Below are positions 25,608 to 33,915 of a stretch of DNA of 64,000 nucleotides, piece after piece. Source of the DNA: Gemmatimonadota bacterium. Its GTDB lineage: Bacteria > Gemmatimonadota > Gemmatimonadetes > Palauibacterales > KS3-K002. A program made the translations under genes and the position numbers. The stretch lies in contig CP070815.1 of assembly GCA_020344215.1 (NCBI GenBank), positions 3,321,296 to 3,385,295 of the forward strand, given 5' to 3'. How positions within the stretch are numbered: the first letter of the stretch is position 1; every line of letters starts with the position of its first letter. The notes beneath the pieces are model-generated. The model searched no databases. It saw nothing but the letters and a program-made list of their open reading frames with translations, and was not told the origin of the DNA.

Positions 25608-26818
25608 CCGTCGCTCAGGAGCGGATAGATCTCATCTTGCGGCTTCGGCGTCGTCACCTCGGGGCCGTCCTGTCCGAGGTAGACGTTGATCTCGGAACGC
25701 ACGCCGAAACCCTCCTCCGCGATGTACACACCCGGCTCTATCGAAAAGGCCACACCGGGGAGCAGCCTTCGCACGTCGTTGGTCTCGGCGCCGTCGATGT
25801 TCGGGCCGAGCCCGTGGATCTCATTGTCGATTGAGTGGCCGGTTCGATGGTTGAAGCGATCGCTGAACCCGGCCTGCTCGATCACCGCGCGGCTCGCCCC
25901 GTCCACGTCGCAACCACGCAACGGCGTGTCGGGGTCGGCGTGATGATCCGCCACGTACTTCACAGCGGCTTCGCGGGCACCGTGAACGGCTCGCCAGACC
26001 TCCTGTAGACGCCCCGGGATCTCCGTGCCCATGAAGCCCATCCACGTCTGGTCGGAGAAGACCGAGCCGGGCTCGCGGGCCCACAGGTCGATGAGCAGCA
26101 CACGCTCCTCGACGATCGGGGCCGCGCCATCGGGCGTCGGCTCGTAGTGGCCGTCGGCGGCGTTGGCGCCGACCCCTACGATCGTGTCGCCTTCGACCAG
26201 GCCCGCCTCGTCCATCATCGCGATGATCGATTCCTTGAGACCCCACTCGCTGAGCGCGGCACGGGAGCGCACGGCATCCGCGGCCAGCTTGAAGGCACGC
26301 GCCGCGATGTTCGCGATGAGGTTGGAGACACGACGGTGGCTCTCCAGCTCGGCCTCCGACCAAGTGGCTGCGAACAGTGTCGCCAGGTCGCCCGACTCTA
26401 CCGGGTGCACGCCCGTCCGTTTGATCAGGTCGAGAACACCGGCCGGGACTCGGTCCAGCCCCGGCACCTTGTCGTTCTCCGAGTACTCCATGGCGACCCG
26501 CTGACCGGGCGTTAGCAGCTCCGCCAGCGTCTTCTCGAGCTCCTGCCACTTGAAGTAGACCTGCACGTCGCCCGTCCACTCGCTCCAAGGCGGCAGCTCG
26601 AGCGAATGGGCCACGGCTACCGGCTCGCCCTCAACCGGAATGAGTACGAAGTAGCGGCGGCTGAGCGGTTGCAGCAGCCCCAGCACTCGGCCAGCCACCG
26701 GGTTCATCGCGTGAAAGTCGTACAGTAGCCAGCCGTCGAGCGCGCGCTCGTCGAGCGCCGCCTGAATGGCTCGCAGTCGCTCCGAATCGATGTACGCGCG
26801 CTGTGCTGTGTGGGCCAT
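25583..26818 (-). CDS. M24 family metallopeptidase (Xaa-Pro aminopeptidase-like)
   Basis: Pita-bread C-terminal domain with HRTGHSID...HG.GPNI ... GVAFSIEPGVY ... GVRSEINV metal-ligand motifs. Confidence 0.85.
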   Translation of the reverse strand: MAHTAQRAYIDSERLRAIQAALDERALDGWLLYDFHAMNPVAGRVLGLLQPLSRRYFVLIPVEGEPVAVAHSLELPPWSEWTGDVQVYFKWQELEKTLAELLTPGQRVAMEYSENDKVPGLDRVPAGVLDLIKRTGVHPVESGDLATLFAATWSEAELESHRRVSNLIANIAARAFKLAADAVRSRAALSEWGLKESIIAMMDEAGLVEGDTIVGVGANAADGHYEPTPDGAAPIVEERVLLIDLWAREPGSVFSDQTWMGFMGTEIPGRLQEVWRAVHGAREAAVKYVADHHADPDTPLRGCDVDGASRAVIEQAGFSDRFNHRTGHSIDNEIHGLGPNIDGAETNDVRRLLPGVAFSIEPGVYIAEEGFGVRSEINVYLGQDGPEVTTPKPQDEIYPLLSDGWESSSNL

Positions 26819-26823
26819 TGCAG

Positions 26824-27753
26824 TCAGTCCTGTCGAACGCGGTCCGCATCGGCGGCCTCAGCGACGCCGTTCGCTTTGGTCCCCTTGATCAGCGTTACGC
26901 CGATCGTGCGCTCGGGGCCCAGCAGGTTGCGTATCTCGTACTCGCGGGCGATAGCCCCTTTGAGCCCCCGCCAACCCCAACGTCGCCGGGCCCGCCATAG
27001 AATCGACAGCTTGTCGACCAGCGTGAAGAGCTCGGCCAGCTGTGTGAATGTGCGCCCGCGGATGAGGAAGGGGAAGACCTGGTCTGACCAGTCCTCGACC
27101 TGGAGGTCCACCACGCTGGCTTCGCGCAGCGCTTGCTTCCACTCCACCAGCATGAGGGGCGCCGCGCCCAGGTGCTGCACGAGAATGCGGCGCTGCTCAT
27201 CGTCGACGTGGCCTGTCCAGATGAGGCTGATCAGCACCACGCTGCCTGCCGGTCGCGTAATTCGCGCTAGCTCGGCCACAGCCCGCAACGGGTCGGCTGA
27301 GCTTGCCAGCCCCAACTCGCCGATCGTCAGGTCGAACACCTCGTCCTGATACGGCAGGTCGTCAATGGGCGCGTTATGGTAGTGGACCTTGGAGGCTACG
27401 CCCTCGTCCCGGGCCCGCTGTTCCGCCACGTCGATGGCTGCCGGGTCCGGATCGACGCCGGCGACGTCCGCTGGGTAGTGCTTCGCGAAGAAGTTGGCGA
27501 CCGCGCCGCGCCCGCACGGCACGTCGATCACCGACTGCGGCGTCTCGCTTTCTGACAGGCCGGTGAGCTTTGCGATCTGCCGATAGAGGGTCTGGTCGCC
27601 GGCGGAGAAGCCGCGGGAACGGCTCAAACGCAGGAGGTCGATCATCGACGGCCCACGTGCTGGGGCCGACGGTGAAATAGGAGCTGGAGCGGCGTCTCGA
27701 TCGTCGCCAGGGGGCATGCGCGGAAGTATAGACAGGCCCCCAAGAAGGGTCAA
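26824..27753 (-). CDS. Class I SAM-dependent methyltransferase with a C-terminal extension
   Basis: VIDVPCGRGAVANFFAKHY..DVAGVDPDPAAIDVA...DDLPYQDEVFDLTI (Methyltransf_11-like). The start is uncertain: TTG at 27753 overlaps the upstream stop, and ATG alternatives lie at 27717 and 27645. Confidence 0.7.
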   Translation of the reverse strand: MTLLGGLSILPRMPPGDDRDAAPAPISPSAPARGPSMIDLLRLSRSRGFSAGDQTLYRQIAKLTGLSESETPQSVIDVPCGRGAVANFFAKHYPADVAGVDPDPAAIDVAEQRARDEGVASKVHYHNAPIDDLPYQDEVFDLTIGELGLASSADPLRAVAELARITRPAGSVVLISLIWTGHVDDEQRRILVQHLGAAPLMLVEWKQALREASVVDLQVEDWSDQVFPFLIRGRTFTQLAELFTLVDKLSILWRARRRWGWRGLKGAIAREYEIRNLLGPERTIGVTLIKGTKANGVAEAADADRVRQD

Positions 27754-28739
27754 CTGAGGTCAAGGCCGGCCAGCGCTCTGACGTGGGCCAGACCGCAAGC
27801 GGCCAGCAGGCCGAGGTCGTAGCCTCCTTCGAGCACGGACACGAGCCGGCCCTCGCAGTGCGCTGCGGCGATTTCAGCCACCCGTCGGGTGAGGTCGTGG
27901 TAATCCGCCGGTCGCAGCGTCAACCCTGCGAGGGGATCACCGGCGGCGGCATCGAAGCCGGCGGAGATGAAGACGACGTCGGGGCTGAAGCTGGAGAGCG
28001 CCGCGTCGATCCCAGCCAACAGAGCACCCACGTAGCCCTCGGAGGGCAGGCCGGGAGGGACCGGCAAGTTCAGGGTCGCGCCCTCCCCGGCGCCTTGACC
28101 GCGGTGCCCCGCGTGTCCGGTTCCTGGGTAATGGGGCGACTGGTGCATCGAGAGGTAGAAGACATCCGGGTCCTGGTAAAAGATCGCCTCGGTGCCATTA
28201 CCGTGATGCACATCCCAGTCGATGATCAGAGCGCGCCGCAGTCCCTCCTCCTGCGCATAACGTGCCCCGATCGCCACGTTATTGAATAGGCAGAAGCCCA
28301 TCGCCCGGTCCTCGGTGGCATGATGGCCCGGCGGCCGTGCGAGACAGAAAGCGTTGCGTGCCGAGCCGTCGAGCACCGCTCGGATCGCCGTCAGAACAGT
28401 GCCGGTCGCGGCCAGCGCCGCGTTCCAGGAACCGGCTGACACGGTAGTGTCGGCGTCCAGGTGCACGAGACGCTCGGAATCTTCGGCACGACGCACAGCC
28501 GCACGCACCCGCTCGACATGTGTAGCAGGGTGCACGAGCGTGAGGTGCTCCTCCGCGGCATGCTCGCTCTCGAGTATAAACATGCGCCCCTCCAGGCGCG
28601 GCGTCGCGTCGTCCAGCGCCGCCAGCAGAGCGTGAAGCCTGCCGGCGGTCTCCGGATGCCCGGGACCCGTGTCGTGCTGGGCGCAGTCGGGATGGTGGGT
28701 GACCAGCGTGGGCGGGTAGGTGGCAGTTGACATGTTCAT
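27750..28739 (-). CDS. Histone deacetylase-family amidohydrolase (AcuC/APAH-like)
   Basis: ARPPGHHATEDRAMGFCLFNNVAIGA...IIDWDVHHGNGTEAIFY...YPGTG...ISAGFDA are canonical class I/II HDAC-fold motifs. Confidence 0.85.
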   Translation of the reverse strand: MNMSTATYPPTLVTHHPDCAQHDTGPGHPETAGRLHALLAALDDATPRLEGRMFILESEHAAEEHLTLVHPATHVERVRAAVRRAEDSERLVHLDADTTVSAGSWNAALAATGTVLTAIRAVLDGSARNAFCLARPPGHHATEDRAMGFCLFNNVAIGARYAQEEGLRRALIIDWDVHHGNGTEAIFYQDPDVFYLSMHQSPHYPGTGHAGHRGQGAGEGATLNLPVPPGLPSEGYVGALLAGIDAALSSFSPDVVFISAGFDAAAGDPLAGLTLRPADYHDLTRRVAEIAAAHCEGRLVSVLEGGYDLGLLAACGLAHVRALAGLDLS

Positions 28740-28914
28740 TGACCGCGCCGGTTGGGAGTCGGGGTATGATGAGGGTGCTGCTGACGCTTCGGGCGGACCT
28801 TCTCGTAGCGGCCCGTAGTGGAGTCCGGCGAGCGCGACTTCCGCTGTCTCGAAGGCCGCGGCGCTCGCCGCCGTTGCTTGGGCTTGGCCGTCGGCCGGCC
28901 CGACTCGGGCACTA

Positions 28915-29946
28915 TCATGAGATCTCCAGCGTCGGCATGCGAGCCCGCAGGTACTGCTCGCAATCGCGTATTGGGTAGAGCATCACGTGCCAGCGCGGGT
29001 CCGGCAGCGCCAGCGGCGCCGTTTCGGCGAGCAGCCAGCGGCTTACCTCGTCGGCGACGTCGAGCGTCTCCGGGCCGGCGCGGCCCTCGATGCGTGCCAG
29101 GGCCCAATAGATGTCGTGACCGCCGGCCGGCCGCAGCCGCAGGTACCAGCTGTACACCTCGCCGACCTCGGGCCGCACCGGCTTGAAGACAGAGGAGCGG
29201 TGACCGCCGCCCATCTGCAACACCGCCTCCATCTGATCGAGGGGTAGGAACTGGGTGCGGTGGCTCTTTACCAGGCCGATGGCGCGGCCCGACCTCAGCA
29301 AATCCGGATCGATGGCCAGCCGGCCGTCAACGAGCAGGAAGCCGTCACTGGGACGCTCCGCTGCCCAGCGCTTGGCCAAGCGCCGCTCGATGGCCGCGCG
29401 CTGGAGCTTGACGGCGGACCTCCCGGCCTCGGCGAGTCCGATGGGGTGAACCTCGCCGGCGGGCGCCTCGACGTCGATCAGCGCCTCTTCGGCGAGCCCG
29501 ATCTCCAGAAAGCGATCCGGCGATAACAAAGCGTGTGGGAAGGCGAGCACCTCCTCCTCGATCACGCCCCAGGTCGTGAACGCCCTGTCTTCGCGGTGCC
29601 GGATCACCGCCGCCACGTAGCCGTGCACGATGGGCACGACCCCGAGGTAGCCGCAGATGCGGGTGTGCTCGATGCCATCGAGGAAGAACTCGAAGCGCGA
29701 GTCGATGGGCGCACCTACCGGGCGCGTGGCGAAGCTCCCATCGCCCTCGACGATCTCCGCCTCGCCGAGTGCCGTAGGCTCGACCGGTGGCTCGGGACCC
29801 GGGCTGCCGCCGTGGACGGGATGCCAGCCGCTGCCCAGCTCGACTGTCAGGTCGAGGAGCCGCCGCCAGATCGGTGGGCCGACGCTCGGTTGATCTGATC
29901 GCCCGAGCCCTCTACTTTCACCTTTGGTGGCGCTGTCTTCAGGCAC
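28915..29946 (-). CDS. Hypothetical protein, NurA-like nuclease domain suspected
   Basis: Order of motifs FFLDGIEH ... FLLVDGRLAI ... IGLVKSHRTQF ... VYSWYLRL ... LYPIRDCEQYLRA parallels NurA (xDGS, llDGsL, GvsKs, fYlr, yP..l..Ad..a). Recollection-based. The start codon is uncertain: ATG 29946 is the only ATG before the conserved region, but internal GTG/TTG starts are possible. Confidence 0.4.
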   Translation of the reverse strand: MPEDSATKGESRGLGRSDQPSVGPPIWRRLLDLTVELGSGWHPVHGGSPGPEPPVEPTALGEAEIVEGDGSFATRPVGAPIDSRFEFFLDGIEHTRICGYLGVVPIVHGYVAAVIRHREDRAFTTWGVIEEEVLAFPHALLSPDRFLEIGLAEEALIDVEAPAGEVHPIGLAEAGRSAVKLQRAAIERRLAKRWAAERPSDGFLLVDGRLAIDPDLLRSGRAIGLVKSHRTQFLPLDQMEAVLQMGGGHRSSVFKPVRPEVGEVYSWYLRLRPAGGHDIYWALARIEGRAGPETLDVADEVSRWLLAETAPLALPDPRWHVMLYPIRDCEQYLRARMPTLEIS

Positions 29947-29951
29947 GGATT

Positions 29952-31004
29952 ATGAATAGGCGTTCCTTCCTACTTCTACAACGGGGCGGTCGCCGCCCTT
30001 CACTGGCGCTGGGCATCATCGCCGCGCTCGCGGCCCTCGTCTTTGCCGGCTGCGACGTGGAGTGGGGCGGCATTTCCGTCGAGCTCAGGGAGCCGGCCAT
30101 CGAGACGGCCGACACCTCCGCGCTACCCGATAGCGTGGTCGAGACCCCGCCCCTGGCGCTGCCGTCTGGGCCTTTGCTCTTTCACGTGCGGAGGACTGAC
30201 GAGCTTGGCAGGGCGGGCATCGAGCCGGTGGCGGAGCTTCAGGAGGGAGAGCTGAGGCCAGTGGGGCCATTGCTGGCTGAGCGGGCCGGCGAATACGTCT
30301 CCGATTTCATCGCTCGCTACTACCAGAGCGACCAAGCCTACACCCTCTTCCGCGGATCAACCCGCGTAGGGACCTTCTACGTCGGGGCACCGGCCGTGCA
30401 AGGCTCAGGGCTGTGTCTCGAGTTGCGGGCGCGGGGACGCATCGAGTTGCGCCCCCAAGCCGACACGTTGAGCGAGTTCCTCGCCTGGCCCCCCGGTGTG
30501 CGGACGGGCGCCGATAGCCTGGTCGTGCCCGACTACCGATCCGACATGGTCTCCTTGTCCCAGGTGCTGGCTCGGCTCGGCGTGCGGGATCGCGAGATCC
30601 CGGGCGTTTGGCGCTTCAGAGCGCCGACCGACCTGCGCGCCGTTCAAGTAGGGTCCGGACCACGTGGCTTTGCCGCGTCGTTCACGGTCGGCGATGCGCT
30701 GGAGGCGGGCCCGCCGCCTGACTCCGCCGGGGTGCTCTTCATCGTGGCGGATTACGATCGCTCGCGCGGCTACTTCCCCCTCTATTTCGACGCCGCCTGG
30801 TACGGGCCGGGCCAGAAGCGCGCGCTGCGTTGGATCGATGCCGCCGACCTGCTGGGTGATACGGCACGCGAATGGTTGCTGCACGCTTACGGTGACGCCG
30901 ATAGCTGGTACGAGCTGGTCGCGCAGCGTGACACCGTGCGATCCGTCGTCTGGTCGAGCCGCCGCCCGGTCTGTGAGGCGGAGGGCCCCGGTGCCGGTTC
31001 CTGA
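29952..31004 (+). CDS. Hypothetical lipoprotein
   Basis: MNRRSFLLLQRGGRRPSLALGIIAALAALVFAGC has a lipobox (VFAG|C). 350 aa, no family recognised. Confidence 0.55.
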   Translation: MNRRSFLLLQRGGRRPSLALGIIAALAALVFAGCDVEWGGISVELREPAIETADTSALPDSVVETPPLALPSGPLLFHVRRTDELGRAGIEPVAELQEGELRPVGPLLAERAGEYVSDFIARYYQSDQAYTLFRGSTRVGTFYVGAPAVQGSGLCLELRARGRIELRPQADTLSEFLAWPPGVRTGADSLVVPDYRSDMVSLSQVLARLGVRDREIPGVWRFRAPTDLRAVQVGSGPRGFAASFTVGDALEAGPPPDSAGVLFIVADYDRSRGYFPLYFDAAWYGPGQKRALRWIDAADLLGDTAREWLLHAYGDADSWYELVAQRDTVRSVVWSSRRPVCEAEGPGAGS

Positions 31005-31046
31005 CGTCTGAGGCCGGGAACGCCTGGGGACCATTTCGGAAGCGGT

Positions 31047-31077
31047 GAGGGCTGACCACCGTTGGTGGTCAGCCCTC
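31047..31077. terminator. Hairpin between convergent genes (14-bp perfect stem)
   Basis: GAGGGCTGACCACC (31047-31060), loop GTT, GGTGGTCAGCCCTC (31064-31077). No clear U-tract. Confidence 0.5.
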
Positions 31078-31110
31078 TGTCACTAGCCGGCAACTCCAGC
31101 GAGCGCGAGG

Positions 31111-33825
31111 TCAGAAACTCTGCCTCAGGCGCACTAGCACGAGCCGTCCCAGCACCGGTGCCCCCACCATCTCCAGGTGCCGGTTGTCGAAGATATTAGT
31201 GGCGGCCACCGTGAGCTCTGTGGAGCGCGAGATCGGCAACGCGTAGGAGACCTGCGCGTCGAAGAGAGTGTAACTGGGCACCGTGCCCTCATACACGCCC
31301 GAGCTCACCGGGAAGGTGTCCACGTAGCGGCCCCGAAGCTCCGCTCGCAAGCCAAGCCGCTCGTTGCGGTAGTGAGCGCCCAGGATTGCCTTGTGCTGCG
31401 GCGAGTTCAGAGCGATGTCGCCCACGCCCTCAAGATTCTCGAAAAGCTTCTCGCTGGCAAACGAGTAGCTGCCTAGGATGCTTAGCCAATGGGTGGCGAG
31501 CAGTGTAAACCCGAGGTCCAGACCCCACATGTCGACATCGCCGAACTGGCGGTAGCTGAGCAGGATGTCAGCGGGATTTGCAGCGCTCGTGTTCTCCGGG
31601 CTAATCGTTGCCAGCGGGATGCCTGTCAAATCGGGGTCGCCGGCTATGCCCGCCATGCCGGCGGCGATTTGAGCCGCTTGCTCGGTGGGCAGGAACCGTT
31701 CCAAATACGTCTGCAAAGACTCGCGCTCTAAGAAGACCGTCGGAGTCTCCGTGCGCAGCGGGCCGATAAAATCCTCGATCCGCGTATAGTACACATCGAG
31801 ACCGACCAGCAGGCGATCACCGATCAGTCCCTTGTAGCCCACCTCGAAGATGTTGGTGATCGTCGGCTTTAGCTTCGCGATGTCTTGGACCGTCGAGACG
31901 TTAACATCGTCGAAGGCTCTTGTCGTCTGGTTCAGCGAGCGCAGCTGTGTATACACATCGGCGGCGGTGGGTGGGGGCAGAGCGCTCACATCGACACAGG
32001 TCGGCTCAGGTGGCACCTCCAGGCACCCCGTCTGCTGGGCCAGTACGCCGACCGCCACGCCCCAGAGCAGCGTCGCGTCGAGCGGCAGGGGATCCTGCTC
32101 CGACACGCCGGGTACGAGATCCGCCCAGAACGTGCGCATCATCGGAACGCCGCTTCCATCGCGCTGGAACGTAAAGCCGGTCTCCGGCACGCCGCTGCCG
32201 TGTACGCCAAACGGCTGCGTGGGCGATCTCTCCAGCGATGGCAGGTCGAGGAACAGGTTGACGCTGGTCGGCTGGCTGAAGGCCCGGTTGTACGTCGCGC
32301 GGAGGCTGTGTCCATCCGCTGGCTTGAAGACGAGCGCGGCGCGCGGCGACAACACGACCTCGTCCACCACGTCGTGATAGTCCGCTCGGCCCGCCAACAC
32401 CAGGTCGAACTGCGGCGACAGCTCGGTTTCCGACTGCACGTAGCCGCCGACCTCGGTGATGTTATCGTTCTCCTCGTTATCGCCGTGGATCGAGGTTTTC
32501 GTCTTTGGCACCGTGCGGATAACGTCAGCGCCGTAGATGAAGCGCTGTCGCTCGCCGAGCTCGGCGCCGTGCTGGATCTGTCCTACGTAAAGGAGCGAGT
32601 TGTCGCTCACCGGCTGGCCCGTGCGGAGCAGGAAGCTATCCCCGGCGTCGCTGAGGTTTATGTAGCTCTGTGCGAACAAGTTACCGCGCCGGAATCGCGC
32701 CTGCAGGTACGAGTACGTCCAGTCATCCGCCTGCGCGGCGCCGATCCCGGTCATCTCGACACTGGAGCCGAGGCGTGTGGCACCGCCGTTCAGGATCAGC
32801 GTGCTCACGTCGTCCAGGCGGAAATCTAGGCGCAGGTCGCCCGAGAAGCGTTCCTGCTGGAAGTCACGTGACCTTATCTCGAACGGGTCACTCATCTTCC
32901 AGTCGTCACCCCGGAAGTACGTGCCCGAGACCTTGTAGCCGATGTTGTCGCTGAAAAGTCCGGCGTAGCGGAGAGTGCCCTGGACGACCTCACGCTCACC
33001 TCCGGTAGCGCTGACCATGCCACCCTGGTGGTCGAGCGGCGAGCGGGTGATGAGGTGCATCACGCCCTTGTCGACGTTGGGGCCGTACAGGGCGGAGCCT
33101 GGGCCGAGCACGAACTCGATGCGCTCGACATCCTCGTTAGTGAGCGGGATCAGGTTGTAGGCGTTGAACCTCAGCGAGGGCACCGACGCCCAGCGGTTGT
33201 CGGTCAGCACGAACAGGGCACCGGAGAAGACGTTGTTATATCCGCGCGCCACGACGTTGTGCTGGGACAGGCCGGTTGTGACGACGTCCACGCCGGGCAC
33301 ACCCCGCACGTGTTCGACCGATGTCGTGGCCGGACGCTCTTGGACCGCCTCGCTGTCGACCGTGTAGACCGAGGCTGGCGAGTCGAGGGCCTTCTCCTGA
33401 GTGCGCGAGACTGTGACCACCACCGGGTTCAGCTGGAACACGATGGACGTCAGCTCGACGGTTCCGACGGAAGCAGCGGCACCAGCCGACACGTCCAACC
33501 CGTCCACGCGCTTCGTCCTGTAGGCCACGTGGGTAAAGACCAGCGAGTAACTCCCGGGGTCGACGTTGGCGATCCGGAACTGGCCGTCGGCACCGGTAAC
33601 CGCCGAGCGCTGGGCCCGGCCGGCCACACCCACGACCAGCTCCACCGCGACGTCCGGGATCGGTGCGCCGTCCTCGGCTTTGACCACCTGGCCCGTGACA
33701 GTCCCCTGCTGGGCTAGGGCGGAGCCCTGGGCGCCGAGGATCAGCACCAGGCCTGCTGCAAGGCACAAGAGCCAGCGGCCCCTGTAACGCCTCGGCGGGC
33801 TGTTGGTAAGGGGAAGTGTCTCCAT
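31111..33825 (-). CDS. TonB-dependent receptor with N-terminal carboxypeptidase-regulatory-like domain
   Basis: Signal peptide. GTVTGQVVKAEDGAPIPDVAVELV..DGQFRIANVDPGSYSLVF (CarboxypepD_reg), plug domain, a long beta-barrel, and a C-terminal aromatic residue (..RLRQSF). Confidence 0.9.
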   Translation of the reverse strand: METLPLTNSPPRRYRGRWLLCLAAGLVLILGAQGSALAQQGTVTGQVVKAEDGAPIPDVAVELVVGVAGRAQRSAVTGADGQFRIANVDPGSYSLVFTHVAYRTKRVDGLDVSAGAAASVGTVELTSIVFQLNPVVVTVSRTQEKALDSPASVYTVDSEAVQERPATTSVEHVRGVPGVDVVTTGLSQHNVVARGYNNVFSGALFVLTDNRWASVPSLRFNAYNLIPLTNEDVERIEFVLGPGSALYGPNVDKGVMHLITRSPLDHQGGMVSATGGEREVVQGTLRYAGLFSDNIGYKVSGTYFRGDDWKMSDPFEIRSRDFQQERFSGDLRLDFRLDDVSTLILNGGATRLGSSVEMTGIGAAQADDWTYSYLQARFRRGNLFAQSYINLSDAGDSFLLRTGQPVSDNSLLYVGQIQHGAELGERQRFIYGADVIRTVPKTKTSIHGDNEENDNITEVGGYVQSETELSPQFDLVLAGRADYHDVVDEVVLSPRAALVFKPADGHSLRATYNRAFSQPTSVNLFLDLPSLERSPTQPFGVHGSGVPETGFTFQRDGSGVPMMRTFWADLVPGVSEQDPLPLDATLLWGVAVGVLAQQTGCLEVPPEPTCVDVSALPPPTAADVYTQLRSLNQTTRAFDDVNVSTVQDIAKLKPTITNIFEVGYKGLIGDRLLVGLDVYYTRIEDFIGPLRTETPTVFLERESLQTYLERFLPTEQAAQIAAGMAGIAGDPDLTGIPLATISPENTSAANPADILLSYRQFGDVDMWGLDLGFTLLATHWLSILGSYSFASEKLFENLEGVGDIALNSPQHKAILGAHYRNERLGLRAELRGRYVDTFPVSSGVYEGTVPSYTLFDAQVSYALPISRSTELTVAATNIFDNRHLEMVGAPVLGRLVLVRLRQSF

Positions 33826-33915
33826 GCTGAACCCCTCCGTACAGGTTTACGGATGCTGAGCAAACGGGCGTTTTTACGGGTAGAGGGGACAAACTACACT
33901 TTTTTTCCGCTTCCG

